Notes: a model not told the origin generated them from the letters alone. Counted from the stretch's first letter, positions 10,701 through 18,035 are shown. The stretch is DNA of 64,000 nucleotides from Candidatus Omnitrophota bacterium (GCA_020057115.1 JAGVGJ010000027.1:5058-69057), one strand, 5' to 3'. A program made the numbers and translations.

Positions 10701-11935
10701 ACGGCAAGCCAGTGGTCAAGGTGACCGATAACGGCGAGGGCATAACGCCGGAGAAGCTGGCCCAGATGCAGCAGCCGTTCTTCACTACCGGAGGCACGGG
10801 TATCGGCCTTACCGAGTCGCGCATAATAGCCAAGGACCATGGCGGCTCGATCGATGTGCAGTCAGAGCCTGGCAAAGGCGCTATGTTCATAGTCCGCCTG
10901 CCTCTCGCATCAGCACCCGTCTCTATACCGCCTGTCGTCGAGGTCGCTGGGCTGGTGGCGCCGGCACCAGGCGAGAGGGAAGTGGTGAAGGTTGAAAAAG
11001 TGACTACGCCTTTGACAAAGGTGGAAGAGGCTTCCAGGAGGCGTGCGAAAAAGGCTGGCCTTGAGATAGCGGTTTACCGCAAGAATGTAGTTCCGATGGC
11101 TGAGGAATTTGCCAGGTCCAAGGATATCGAAACCCTCAGGCGCGAGCGAGATATATTGCAGCAAAAATTCGAAAGAGGCGAGACATTGCCTATTTACCAG
11201 GATGAAGCGTATGAGCTTGCTATAGAGATGCTAGAGGGTGCGGCGCCGGCTATAACTCCGAGCCAGGTCATCAAGACCGCACTTGCGGATGCGGCTCAGG
11301 GAACCGCGAATATAATAGTCATGGCAGGGTCTGAGATGTATGTTGCCCAGCAGACCAGCATAAACCGCACTATGGCACAGCAGCTCGGCAAGACGCAGAA
11401 TATCACGGTAGTTCCTTACAGCTATAAATACGGGGAGAATATCGATTGGAAGGCCGGCATAACAAAGGTCTTGTCTATGGCAGTGCAGGACCTTCACGCC
11501 AGGATCAAGAAAGGCGATGCTACTGCGCGCGTGATAGTATTTGTGCCATTCGACGGCGTGAAAGATGTGAAGGCGATGGTGGCAGGCATAGACGCCGATA
11601 TGGTGCCCAGGGTGACGGTCGTCGGCGAAGCCAATATGCCGATGGACGGAGGCATAGATAACATAGTCCATATAGCGTCAGGCGTAAGCATGCTTGAATA
11701 TGAAAGATTCCGGAAAGGCGATTACGGTGATGCTGTCATGCCGCAGGAGTCCAAGATGCGCTTAAATGACCTCATGAAGCTTCTGGTCGTAGATCCAGCC
11801 GCTATCGATATAGGAAAACATCCGGATATAATAGACAGGATCCTGGACGGCCTTACCGCCATACCGCTCAGGCCGATCACCGGAGAAATATCCCAGCGCA
11901 TAGAGAGTATGAAGAAAGTCCTTCAATCACTTTAA
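1793..11935 (+). CDS. Giant multidomain protein (3380 aa), a signalling/enzyme mosaic. Order of elements: N-terminal signal/TM anchor; TraB/GumN-like motifs; CPBP (CAAX/Abi) intramembrane protease-like domain; kinase-like DxxxxN loops; an HExxH motif; degenerate and canonical GGDEF motifs; HisKA-like H-box plus HATPase_c.
   Basis: A single uninterrupted 10.1 kb ORF. All antisense ORFs inside it are short and low-complexity. The motifs I read in the translation are listed below.
- Hydrophobic anchor ALVVAIVFFFNTIYLDVALA.
- MIHIQDAH … AVIVTGGFHSENL, which resembles the two signature motifs of the TraB/GumN family.
- EEGLYRG, FIADH and HLTIN, matching the three CPBP motifs EExxxR, FxxxH and HxxxN.
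- FRVDFRPENAIL and IPRDMHAENIM…VVMVDLGD, which are protein-kinase-like.
- VSHEFMHE, an HExxH motif.
- LNIQNFKMEFNDRGNSLGPEVG…YNDGKSYFVIFED, a degenerate GGDEF-like stretch, and FRVGGDEFAKII.
- ASFSHASNRLTEI (H-box-like) followed by DLANNAYKYA, DNGEGI and GTGIGL, the N, G1 and G2 boxes of a GHKL/His-kinase ATPase.
Alternative start at M13 (nt 1829). Confidence 0.85.
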   Translation: MFRDRHPKKGLAMEKKNFFRQIVKAFIKHRARATALVVAIVFFFNTIYLDVALAAKTDAGLASVSTPSASTSKTSQPYKDLNIKDFILPDYLGTIKDRYISPSASGDVMIHIQDAHCNQPCQNKIADIISYLNSEYGIKVINLEGGSGEYDTAVFTRIGDMNIRQKVAETFVGEGMLNGGEYYAVLNPEKASLWGLEDASLYVKNLDVYRDSLKHKDEVDKYLKSLNHALSSLKAKMYSKDLLELDLKTSAYKSDNIDMRAYLAYLCDAAVRKGMGIDKFADIASLKKAIDLEKSIDFRTADVEREELFKALSKRLSKNAMEEFAAKAIEFKAERISPEVFYGYMLSRARSSGLKTDKYPELAKYLAYVSSYASIDKIKLTKEIESLENALKESYFENEGQRELASLSKNLIILANIFNLKLSKDDYDYYLANEGNFETALYAKFIQKNASIYKIADRLDNGVSDLDTYRKEISKFYEYSLKRDDAFMRNMKFGGGPGSRGQGPDSEVRGAVIVTGGFHSENLCELFKKSGISYISIMPSFKIEEGYACPYFKLLAGQTDGMQNRLYSIISSETRTSGMQIASMLSSAIAEAVWGKARVNAFRAAVEIDTMVTEGKRVLVVNDKGEVLKDARGEELVFGEGEDKPIRIAELLGIPSAEAPDVYAVPVQAVAPQKAAPAITPAPAAPVIRPLGGAVTGWLKRLTPGMPEWARALIAAPIVEEGLYRGFPLLASMATVLIAGAGFNWQLIMIGSVFFQIPAGLKFIADHYPKGRAPPSVIIKMLLAPSIVAIINAVILPLVFTNPFMFTGAAILSHLTINLAVMIANAIFPSVNIGFAAIGVSSGRPGPATSNIETLKRMMRDHASALERSAWDRSGRLGRYMLLMRELLDKGVFRVDFRPENAILTDNAMSAQTFDYDKLYEATNVSWDETKYFIFASVIQPARYVFRELARDASGKERADWFSEYFNDYLDAMFQAGVAKNIIGARSSRQRARIVGLVDAYNKNREDVSILQKQIATLKGKLKELESASRSPQTDAVKRSIEENISRIGSEYEKRSSVMRFISDDIETFLKESFQKVPMARLDQAEREWVYSHPRLAMLKRLGMNDEYDALVRQRRVIFSIVGQKGLAASEVRTRQGVADKNITRPVDIDSGLQQLLRAGVGKFAQGGINGVYERRQFISDLNAMIVSMRQGMSFAQSFENAMKEKDANYKLASSYRDILTMLKGPEGAGIETAATAFMKRLASRDAAAWSQVNMVMPEGYVFKMPLGKDLTFLEFKDIGKMPARQLAGKVFKVDSATSALSAVDMEGETGRLFLFALSRRHAGELIRIVNSTVDLPTGERAAISTIIFQDREQIAITRDALGLFTRELGGIQRQAEFLSMAAKDVPGLINPTTYFEINGKVFGSASKKFDAAQEVRKEIDKDIGRENVIREGMEKIDVKIKLSSAPFGAFTPYRIFDSSGNGISVKRYQNGVITIGARRNVDGKVMAVGVDETMSAEDLADENRLYGLIESLNRRAPGVDSDAMIRKVFTGMGILLPGVGEPALMHAGFGIAMSGYAFASVEDVEAHRVALQGEIDKGITPSSFVKDKVIIGGKEIQIVIHKTVLDRLDAVKKTLQGFIEECIKIRGPDYEATLRTKLAGKPLIFDALTRSPNLYGNCQNDGYIYINTNSPIQLDAVGVSHEFMHEADIFTDSETDEQALAKKDVELMQYVGIDIAKFMERLKDVTMPTGYLAAALAAIASARPVGTAAPMRLEGENLIASCDRSNACDLPNRHRYVEDLVKKLREGKRVEVVSLNIQNFKMEFNDRGNSLGPEVGHLFGDFGIQAVADALPKAIKATLEEKGIKGNFAVYNDGKSYFVIFEDMPAGFSATDALESMLKDDNTAFKRSVVKSVISETKKVKKWNDEATADFTKNFTTRNFNMYAGISAPASLKDEVGSGVDILKLAQRAVAQADLSAKAAQMRTGEILNAIFQQSDMEGKTEADIRKLIMDRAQSARTMAISAWRPYGAHVEDEIVALAKYSPKGEYEVIYRPIPEVYNEEATYENLINQYRVALKARDPAKVLKAKEKLYDKMLFYVPEPSVRSRYVRPIIVGMERFRDAINGLIRAPPQADWSGTFRVGGDEFAKIIFNAKTGVLRILRFDANNLGKMNAAWGSRIGDRVIDDMLRLIDKVQDPNDLMEYIYRYFDNTNERGENFRDNPLELTDTDHAYILRELVRLDIKDTSRYLISDESGRNYLVKVPPLSLTHQETGRSYKTGPSVSVGLVEIDTHLIPGKDRMRDFSPIQGRADSTAETVKSSIKRYQSEHDGAIDFAEVNRLMVNSQPFNTKALTTFERSPIDPLREEFARFIVSKLEKPAAPVTPEMAPVVPAAPALDFNVRIEAVSFKGVEAESWNKYKELLDMAQEIVSSIPRSELLTIIRNISGNKTLRFEDISKDIAISYFAEGVHKYVFRVAFSTKEGKPLEILLAAKKEKNLKDISGHELQNLKKLHGRGVPKFGGSFRSKDGRLWYLEEFIAGDTVGALQKQGALKDNVKRGIVATMLLIATGLNGMIPRDMHAENIMVEKGTGRVVMVDLGDRRLHITGKDATDAHRMLFIGMLLSQYGVNDKERPELDHVFFDAIANDRSLSEEGSLEMLQKAYAELEKRGQAGVVGYLAKEGRNMFVSVGAQNRDAARMDDFVGTFTRSLGSYLAKSGQLRGPPIMPISTAPVAAAVPGIVSLTDNIAEDMALRNVIALASFSHASNRLTEIMGMVQIVMTLTSDMIEILKKENASDAMLNEMRDIRRGMVDDGISKIIELHKKAIEQMRSGGKKYAPAEVSSWKEEYLKAYRSFEASAKRFDGVKEKMAAAVTDKELPKLLKWYGDVAPKLDDVLSDRASLMTGELKDELIDLREVLDRELFIKLLQAVVNNPATERYFDIRMPDGPVMVKGNRISLSALFTDLANNAYKYAEKAQKGNAKVIIELALENGKPVVKVTDNGEGITPEKLAQMQQPFFTTGGTGIGLTESRIIAKDHGGSIDVQSEPGKGAMFIVRLPLASAPVSIPPVVEVAGLVAPAPGEREVVKVEKVTTPLTKVEEASRRRAKKAGLEIAVYRKNVVPMAEEFARSKDIETLRRERDILQQKFERGETLPIYQDEAYELAIEMLEGAAPAITPSQVIKTALADAAQGTANIIVMAGSEMYVAQQTSINRTMAQQLGKTQNITVVPYSYKYGENIDWKAGITKVLSMAVQDLHARIKKGDATARVIVFVPFDGVKDVKAMVAGIDADMVPRVTVVGEANMPMDGGIDNIVHIASGVSMLEYERFRKGDYGDAVMPQESKMRLNDLMKLLVVDPAAIDIGKHPDIIDRILDGLTAIPLRPITGEISQRIESMKKVLQSL

Positions 11936-12032
11936 GGATATCCTCTTTATCTATATTGGTCGCACGCCCTTGATTTCCGGATAATTCTATGTGTACTATT
12001 AAGAGCTAATATAAAAGGATATTATATTTAAT

Positions 12033-13055
12033 ATGAGTGATTTGAGCATTCGAAATTCTGCGCGGGCCTGGTTGTGGCCCTTTTTTCTTATCCTGGCCGC
12101 CTTGTTTCTGTATTGCAACGGGCTTTTGAACGAAGATATATTCAGCCCGGATGCCGTCAGGATAGCCATGGACGGCGCCTATTTCCACGACCTCTTAAGA
12201 GATGCGCCGATATTCAATCTGTATGATTATACGATCCACTATTATGCTAGATACCCCGCTGTATCTTTAGGTTTTCGCGAGCCATTCTTCCAGTTTATCC
12301 TGGGCATCCTCTATCATATATTCGGCATAAGCATGTCTGTGGCCAAGCTCGGAGTGCTTATATTCGCGGCAATAGGCATAATCTTCTTCTATAAACTTGT
12401 GGAAAACATATATGGCCGAATAGCAGCCATACTATCGTCGCTTCTTTTTATCACCGCACCTTTTTTGGTCAGGTTTACGTGGATCCCGATGCTTGAGATG
12501 CCGGCATTGGCCATGTCATTAGCCACGATATACTATTTTTACAGATATGTTGAGCTAAAAGACAAGAAGGCGCTCGGTTTATTCTTTGTTATATTCGCGT
12601 TGTCGTTGTGGACCAAGAGGCTGACTTGGTTCATATTTATTTTTTGCGCCTTATATCTGACTGTTGCCGGAGGATGGAGGCTGTTCGTCAAGAAAGAGGC
12701 CCTCCGGTGGTTAGCTCTATTTATGCTCATGATCACGCCGCTTATAGTCATTTCAGCATGGCTTGGCGAGCCAACTATTAAACGCGCGGCTCCGCTGGCG
12801 AAGGTTGCCGTTACCGCGGACGCAGTAAAAAGCCAGGCGGCGATCAGAACGGTGGCTTTGCCAAAGGGCTTTGTTATGCGCGTTCCGGATTTTATCTATT
12901 ATTTAAAGGCCCTGTATAAATTCAACCTGACCTTGCCTGTCGTAGCGCTGTCTCTGGCCGGAGCGATCCTGGCGATATTTAAAAGAGACAGGAGGGCGAT
13001 ATTATTCGCATGCTGGATAATAGCCGTTTATATAACAATGATATCCATCAGGTAG
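12033..13055 (+). CDS. N-terminal membrane portion of an ArnT/PMT-like GT-C glycosyltransferase (GT39/GT83-like). It ends at an in-frame TAG at 13053-13055 that interrupts the gene.
   Basis: A 340-aa ORF with 8-10 predicted TM helices and composition typical of ArnT/PMT_2 family transferases. The same reading frame stays open directly after the TAG (13056 onward) and encodes two more hydrophobic helices (…WIPAFIALAGSIAAY…LLLAGLFAGCIIF…) that run into the next ORF. Confidence 0.6.
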   Translation: MSDLSIRNSARAWLWPFFLILAALFLYCNGLLNEDIFSPDAVRIAMDGAYFHDLLRDAPIFNLYDYTIHYYARYPAVSLGFREPFFQFILGILYHIFGISMSVAKLGVLIFAAIGIIFFYKLVENIYGRIAAILSSLLFITAPFLVRFTWIPMLEMPALAMSLATIYYFYRYVELKDKKALGLFFVIFALSLWTKRLTWFIFIFCALYLTVAGGWRLFVKKEALRWLALFMLMITPLIVISAWLGEPTIKRAAPLAKVAVTADAVKSQAAIRTVALPKGFVMRVPDFIYYLKALYKFNLTLPVVALSLAGAILAIFKRDRRAILFACWIIAVYITMISIR

Positions 13056-13211
13056 AAAGAGCCCCGGTATGCGATATGCTGGATACCGGCTTTTATAGCC
13101 CTGGCCGGCAGCATTGCAGCCTATCCGGCATCCCGCAGGAGATGGGCCCCGCTGCTTCTCGCAGGGCTATTTGCCGGATGCATCATCTTTAATCTTTATA
13201 AGGTTCAAAGG

Positions 13212-13748
13212 ATGAATGATTTTAGGGCCACCGGATTCAGGGCCGCGGCAGAATATGTGACAGAGGATCCCAGGGGGTCCACATTATTCTATGACGGGTA
13301 TGGTAACGGGGCTTTTGTATTCTGGGTGCGCAAATTTGATAAGGACAGGAAGACCATAGTCTTAAGAGGCGATAAGCTCCTGACATCTTCGGCCATATTC
13401 GATTGGAGGGATCTTAAGATACATGTCCGCTCGACCGAAGAGATATATGATATCTTCAGGCGGTTTGGCACGACATATGTAGTCGTCGAAAAATACGATA
13501 AGGCAGGGATACCGGTCCGGGCCATGCTAAGAGAAATGCTGAAGACGGGCAAGTTCCGCATGGTAAAAGAGCTGCCGATCGAAACATCCGATCCGGAGCT
13601 TAAAGGCCAGAGCATCTTGATATATGAAAGGCTTGAAGGTCCTGTGGCTCCGTATGGAGAGCTGGTATTGCCGTTACCGATAGTAGGCAAGGAGATAAAG
13701 CTGCCGATAGAGGACCTGGTGCAGGATGGAACGCGAAAGCGGAGATAG
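13212..13748 (+). CDS. C-terminal soluble (periplasmic-type) domain of the same ArnT/PMT-like glycosyltransferase. It lies in the same frame as 12033..13055, so the annotated Met is probably not a true start.
   Basis: Frame 0 is continuous from 13056 to 13748. Length and composition fit the C-terminal domain of roughly 560-aa GT-C transferases. Confidence 0.55.
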   Translation: MNDFRATGFRAAAEYVTEDPRGSTLFYDGYGNGAFVFWVRKFDKDRKTIVLRGDKLLTSSAIFDWRDLKIHVRSTEEIYDIFRRFGTTYVVVEKYDKAGIPVRAMLREMLKTGKFRMVKELPIETSDPELKGQSILIYERLEGPVAPYGELVLPLPIVGKEIKLPIEDLVQDGTRKRR

Positions 13749-13749
13749 C

Positions 13750-15156
13750 ATGGCGCAAGATAGGATCGTTATAATAGGAGCTGGCCCGGCCGGTATGGCG
13801 TGCGCTCATACGCTTACGGCAAAGGGCCGGCCATGCACCGTGATAGAGAAAGAGGATATGCCCGGCGGGCTATGCCGCACGCTCGACCATGGCGGATATC
13901 TATTTGACATAGGCGGCCATCGCTTTCTTACAAAGTCGGATGAGATCGACAAGCTGTGGCGTGAAGTTATGGGGGATGACATGCTTCACGTGAAGCGCCT
14001 GTCGAGGATATATTACAATAAAAGATATTTTGATTATCCACTCTCTTTCTTTAATACTTTCTGGAATCTCGGGCCTTTTGAAAGCGCGTTATGCGTAGCC
14101 AGTTATCTAAAGTCAAAGATATCGCGCGTCGATGATTCCACTTTCGAAGGATGGGTCATAAACCGTTTCGGAAAGCGCCTGTATGACATATTTTTTAAGA
14201 CCTACACCGAAAAGGTGTGGGCTGTAGCATGTACGGACATCTCTGCGGACTGGGCAAGCCAAAGATTAAGAGGATTGTCCTTGAGGATCGCGATAAAAAA
14301 GGCAATGCTCGGCATGAAGGGAAAGTCGCCGAAGACTTTATCCGGGGAGTTCCTTTATCCCAGGACCGGTCCAGGCGAGTTCTATTATAGGTTGAAAGAG
14401 CGGGTGTCGGAAGGCGGAGGGCAGTTTATATTTAAGAGAACATTGACCGGTATCCGGCATAACGCTAATAATGTGAGCTCGATAGAGGTCGAAGACGCTA
14501 GAACCGGCAAGAGGGAGGAGATGCCGGTAGAATATCTATTTTCCAGCATGCCGTTGCCATCCATGATAATGGCCCTGGACCCCGCTCCACCGGATGAAGT
14601 GTTGCAGGCCGCTAGAAATTTACGCTTCAGGGATTTTTTAGTGGTAAACTTGATACTGGACAAGGAGCGCATCTTCCCCGATCAATGGATATACGTGCAT
14701 TCACCAGAGGTCAAGCTCGGCAGGGTCCAAAACTATAAGAACTGGAGCCCGGCCATGGTGATCGATCCTAAGAAGACGTCTCTGGGGCTTGAATACTTCT
14801 GCACCGAAGGCGATGAGCTGTGGCGGATGAATGACGTAGACTTGATCAACTATGCGATTCGCGAGCTTGAGAGTATCGGAATAGTCTCCAGGCGCTATCT
14901 AGTGAACGGTTTTGTTGTCCGGTGCCAGAACGCTTATCCGATATATTCGCTGGGCTATCAAAAGAACATGGATATAGTGCGCGGCTATTTAAGCCGATTC
15001 ACGAATCTGCAGACCATCGGGCGGGGCGGGCTTTTTCGGTACGACAATTCGGATCATGCCTTATTGACGGGCATATACGCGGCAAAGAATTTTTTGGGCG
15101 CCGGGCATTATGATCTATGGAAGGTGAGCGCGGAAGACGGATATCTTGAATCCTGA
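13750..15156 (+). CDS. FAD-dependent oxidoreductase (amine-oxidase / UDP-galactopyranose-mutase-like Rossmann protein)
   Basis: N-terminal dinucleotide-binding motif IVIIGAGPAGMACAHTL…VIEKEDMPGG. Length is about 470 aa. Start moved to the ATG at 13750, just after the upstream TAG. Confidence 0.6.
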   Translation: MAQDRIVIIGAGPAGMACAHTLTAKGRPCTVIEKEDMPGGLCRTLDHGGYLFDIGGHRFLTKSDEIDKLWREVMGDDMLHVKRLSRIYYNKRYFDYPLSFFNTFWNLGPFESALCVASYLKSKISRVDDSTFEGWVINRFGKRLYDIFFKTYTEKVWAVACTDISADWASQRLRGLSLRIAIKKAMLGMKGKSPKTLSGEFLYPRTGPGEFYYRLKERVSEGGGQFIFKRTLTGIRHNANNVSSIEVEDARTGKREEMPVEYLFSSMPLPSMIMALDPAPPDEVLQAARNLRFRDFLVVNLILDKERIFPDQWIYVHSPEVKLGRVQNYKNWSPAMVIDPKKTSLGLEYFCTEGDELWRMNDVDLINYAIRELESIGIVSRRYLVNGFVVRCQNAYPIYSLGYQKNMDIVRGYLSRFTNLQTIGRGGLFRYDNSDHALLTGIYAAKNFLGAGHYDLWKVSAEDGYLES

Positions 15157-15178
15157 ACATCGCATAAGGCCGGGATAA

Positions 15179-15943
15179 ATGAATATACGAAGATACCTCA
15201 ATTTATTAAGGGAGATAGCATTCTCCCAGTTCAAGATCAAGGACCAGAGCACGGTTTTTGGTTTTGTCTGGAGTTTCCTGAACCCGCTTGCGATGCTGTT
15301 GATCCTTTACGCGTTTTTCAGCATGCGGATGGGTGCCGAGATCGAACATTACGCTATCTACATACTTATAGGGGTGATCCAGTATAATTATTTTGCCACA
15401 GCTACCAGCACGGCTATGCGCAGCTTGTATTCCATGAAACAACTCGCTACAAGCACTATATTTCCGAAAGATGTCCTGGTCGTGGGAGTTGTCGTAGCCA
15501 ACGCCGTAGAATTTATCCTCTCGATGCTTATCTGCGTAGTGATAGCCTGCGCTTCAGGCATCCCCATATCCTGGGCGGTATTCATGCTTCCGCTGGTCAT
15601 TATATTGCAAGCCATGACCGTGCTTTGGATAGGATTCATATTGGCCACCCTATTCGTATTTATCAAGGACCTTGGGCACATCTACGAAGTATTTTTACGC
15701 GTGCTCTTCTTCGTAACCCCGATATTCTACGCCTTGAGTTTCGCAGGTAACGGTTTGCCGAGATATGTGCTCCTGGCTAATCCGCTTACCCATCTGATAG
15801 GTTTTTCCAGGGACATAATAATAAATGGCAAACCCTTTCCCGCGGCACCATTTGCTATCCTGCTATTCGCGAATCTGATATTGTTGCTGTTATCGATAAG
15901 GCTATTTAAAAAGTTCGAGAAAAAATTTGCGGAGTATCTGTAA
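15179..15943 (+). CDS. ABC-2 type polysaccharide/O-antigen exporter permease (Wzm/KpsM/TagG-like)
   Basis: A 254-aa protein with 6 TM helices. The N-terminus FKIKDQSTVFGFVWSFLNPL is typical of ABC-2 permeases. It sits immediately upstream of an ABC ATPase. Confidence 0.75.
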   Translation: MNIRRYLNLLREIAFSQFKIKDQSTVFGFVWSFLNPLAMLLILYAFFSMRMGAEIEHYAIYILIGVIQYNYFATATSTAMRSLYSMKQLATSTIFPKDVLVVGVVVANAVEFILSMLICVVIACASGIPISWAVFMLPLVIILQAMTVLWIGFILATLFVFIKDLGHIYEVFLRVLFFVTPIFYALSFAGNGLPRYVLLANPLTHLIGFSRDIIINGKPFPAAPFAILLFANLILLLLSIRLFKKFEKKFAEYL

Positions 15944-15944
15944 T

Positions 15945-16679
15945 ATGGAATTTGCGATCAATATAAAAGACGGGTGCAAGGCCTTCGCGCTGGAGAGGTA
16001 TCACGCTACAATGTTCAGGGCCATAAAGAGGAAGATCCTCAGGCGTCCTTTTTCCGCGCAGCATTTTTTGGCTCTTCAGAACATTAACATCGAAGTATCA
16101 CCCGGAGAAAAGATAGGCCTGGTGGGGGATAACGGATCCGGAAAGACCACTTTATTGCGGACCATGGCCGGCTTGTATGAATTGAGCGGAGGGCACATAG
16201 AGACTCGGGGCACAAAGATGATCCTGAGCGGTTTCGGGCTCGGGATGTGCGACGAGTTAAGCGTGGAAGAGAATATATATCTATACGGTACTATATATGG
16301 GATCGGGCGCGATGATATCAATAAAAATTTTCACGAGATAATAGAGTGGGCCGCATTACAGAAGTTCGTAGGCGCGAAACTCAAGACGCTGTCATCGGGA
16401 ATGGTGACCAGGCTGGCGTTCTCGATAAGCAGGCATGTCCAGGCCGACATATATCTACTTGACGAGGCGCTATCTGCCGGCGACAAACATTTTAAGGATA
16501 AGTGCGGTCAGGTATTTGAGGATTATAAGAAGGGCCCAAAGACGTTCGTGGTCGCAACGCATGACATGGAGTTTGTGCGCAGGTTCTGCTCAAAAGCCCT
16601 GTGGCTGCACAAAGGCAGCCAGATGGCATTCGGGGACGTGGAAAGCACGCTTAAGCAATATGCCGATTCCAAAGCCTAA
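15945..16679 (+). CDS. ABC transporter ATP-binding protein (Wzt/KpsT/TagH-like, short form)
   Basis: Walker A GDNGSGKTT, signature LSSGMVTRLAFS, Walker B IYLLDEALSAGD. The ATG at 15945 overlaps the permease stop. Confidence 0.85.
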   Translation: MEFAINIKDGCKAFALERYHATMFRAIKRKILRRPFSAQHFLALQNINIEVSPGEKIGLVGDNGSGKTTLLRTMAGLYELSGGHIETRGTKMILSGFGLGMCDELSVEENIYLYGTIYGIGRDDINKNFHEIIEWAALQKFVGAKLKTLSSGMVTRLAFSISRHVQADIYLLDEALSAGDKHFKDKCGQVFEDYKKGPKTFVVATHDMEFVRRFCSKALWLHKGSQMAFGDVESTLKQYADSKA

Positions 16680-16717
16680 TGGCTCATGTCCTCGACAGGA
16701 AGATAGCGGTGTAATCT

Positions 16718-18013
16718 ATGAGAAACGTAACAGCTATAGTGCTGAGCATAGGCGAGAAGACGACCGAGCGGGCCATCGAAAGCTTAAAAAAACAATCACT
16801 CCCTCCCAAAGAGATCATAGCGATAGAGAACGTCGCTCCGTTCCATAAGGCCCTGAATCTGGGCGCTTCAAAGGTTAAAACGGAGTTCTTCGTTCAGGTT
16901 GACTCTGACATGATCCTTGACAGGACCTGCCTGGAGGACCTCAGGCGCTCTATGAGGCATAATGTCGGCGTGGTGATAGGGCATCTCAGGGATCTTATCA
17001 CAGGAAGGGTTGTGGGTGTAAAGCTATTCAGAGCGGGATGTTTTAAGGGCCATCAGTTTAAAGACGTGATGTCGCCGGACACGACCTTCGCCGATGAGAT
17101 ACTAAAAGACGGCTGGAAGACCGTGTTTGCGCTTAAGTTTTCCGGTAAAGATGAAATAAAGTGGCACACCTTCGGAGAGCACAGGCCCGAGTATACAAAT
17201 CTTTACACCTATTGCAAGTTCATTTTAGAGGGCGGCAGATATAAAACAAGAAAAGACTTTGCGGGAATAAGATGGCATATAGAGAATTTGCGTGATTCGG
17301 GCCATGATAAATCGCTGATAGCCATTCTGGCGCTAGCCCAGGGCGTTTTGATAGTCGAGGATAAGGACGGCTTGAGGCCGTTTCAGTACAGCAAAGATGT
17401 CGAGTTCCTGGAAAGATTTTTGATCGCTGCCGGCGGTTCCGAGGCCGAGACCCCGATTTTTAAGGCCCCTGTAAATTTCAAACCGGAGGAGGTGTTCAGC
17501 GACAATTACAAGCTGGGCGCAGAATTCAGAAGAAAGAATTCAGCCGTATCATTTGAGCGCTATGTCGGGCAATTACTCAAGAACACCAGAGACACTTCCG
17601 CGCTGATCGCACTCTTTGGCCTGTGTCATGGATTGTTCGCGGATGACAAGGAAGCAAATAACGCCGCTGATGGCTATAGCTCTATCCAGTATAATTTGCT
17701 TAGGAAGTGGATCACGGAGTGGATAACCCGATACTTGTCAGTAGGCAGGAGGCATGCAATAAAAGGGGACCTCGGCGGGATCATCTGGTATTTCAGCCAG
17801 CTTGCAGATACAAAATACAGCGATTCACTGATCTCTCAGATCTTTCTTGCGGAAGGGATGTTTACGGCAGGCTCAGAAGACGTGTCCGGTCGCAGCGTCG
17901 CGGCGTCCGGATATTTTGATTTTTTGGAAGATTTTATGAAAGGCGGCGGCACCTGCGATATCAAATCCGACGATCGCTGTCACTGGGTTCAAGCCCGAAG
18001 AGATATTCCGTAG
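16718..18013 (+). CDS. GT-A (GT2-like) N-terminal domain followed by tandem ~85-aa repeats of unknown function. Probably the 5' part of a frameshifted gene that continues in 18036..18752.
   Basis: The N-terminus (IVLSIGEK…QVDSDMIL) resembles a GT2 fold with a DxD. Downstream, repeats carry a conserved core …ALxGLCHGLF…LISxxFLAEGMF…YFDFLE… . Confidence 0.55.
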   Translation: MRNVTAIVLSIGEKTTERAIESLKKQSLPPKEIIAIENVAPFHKALNLGASKVKTEFFVQVDSDMILDRTCLEDLRRSMRHNVGVVIGHLRDLITGRVVGVKLFRAGCFKGHQFKDVMSPDTTFADEILKDGWKTVFALKFSGKDEIKWHTFGEHRPEYTNLYTYCKFILEGGRYKTRKDFAGIRWHIENLRDSGHDKSLIAILALAQGVLIVEDKDGLRPFQYSKDVEFLERFLIAAGGSEAETPIFKAPVNFKPEEVFSDNYKLGAEFRRKNSAVSFERYVGQLLKNTRDTSALIALFGLCHGLFADDKEANNAADGYSSIQYNLLRKWITEWITRYLSVGRRHAIKGDLGGIIWYFSQLADTKYSDSLISQIFLAEGMFTAGSEDVSGRSVAASGYFDFLEDFMKGGGTCDIKSDDRCHWVQARRDIP

Positions 18014-18035
18014 ATTTATTACGCTGGGTTCGGAG

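Noticed and set aside
13053-13055. Genome-wide TAG reassignment as the explanation for the in-frame TAG
   Set aside because: TAG is used as the terminator of several well-supported genes in this window: the upstream gene at 183-185, ilvC, aroC, the HprK-like gene, and the ArnT-like C-terminal part.
14345-14365. ccaggaccggtccagg inside the FAD-oxidoreductase gene and ggtccaggggtcca at 46168-46182, as extra copies of the R element
   Set aside because: They are short single-arm matches inside coding sequence that encode Pro/Gly codons, without a partner arm. They are likely chance matches, unlike the 35-nt in-ORF copy at 3272-3312.
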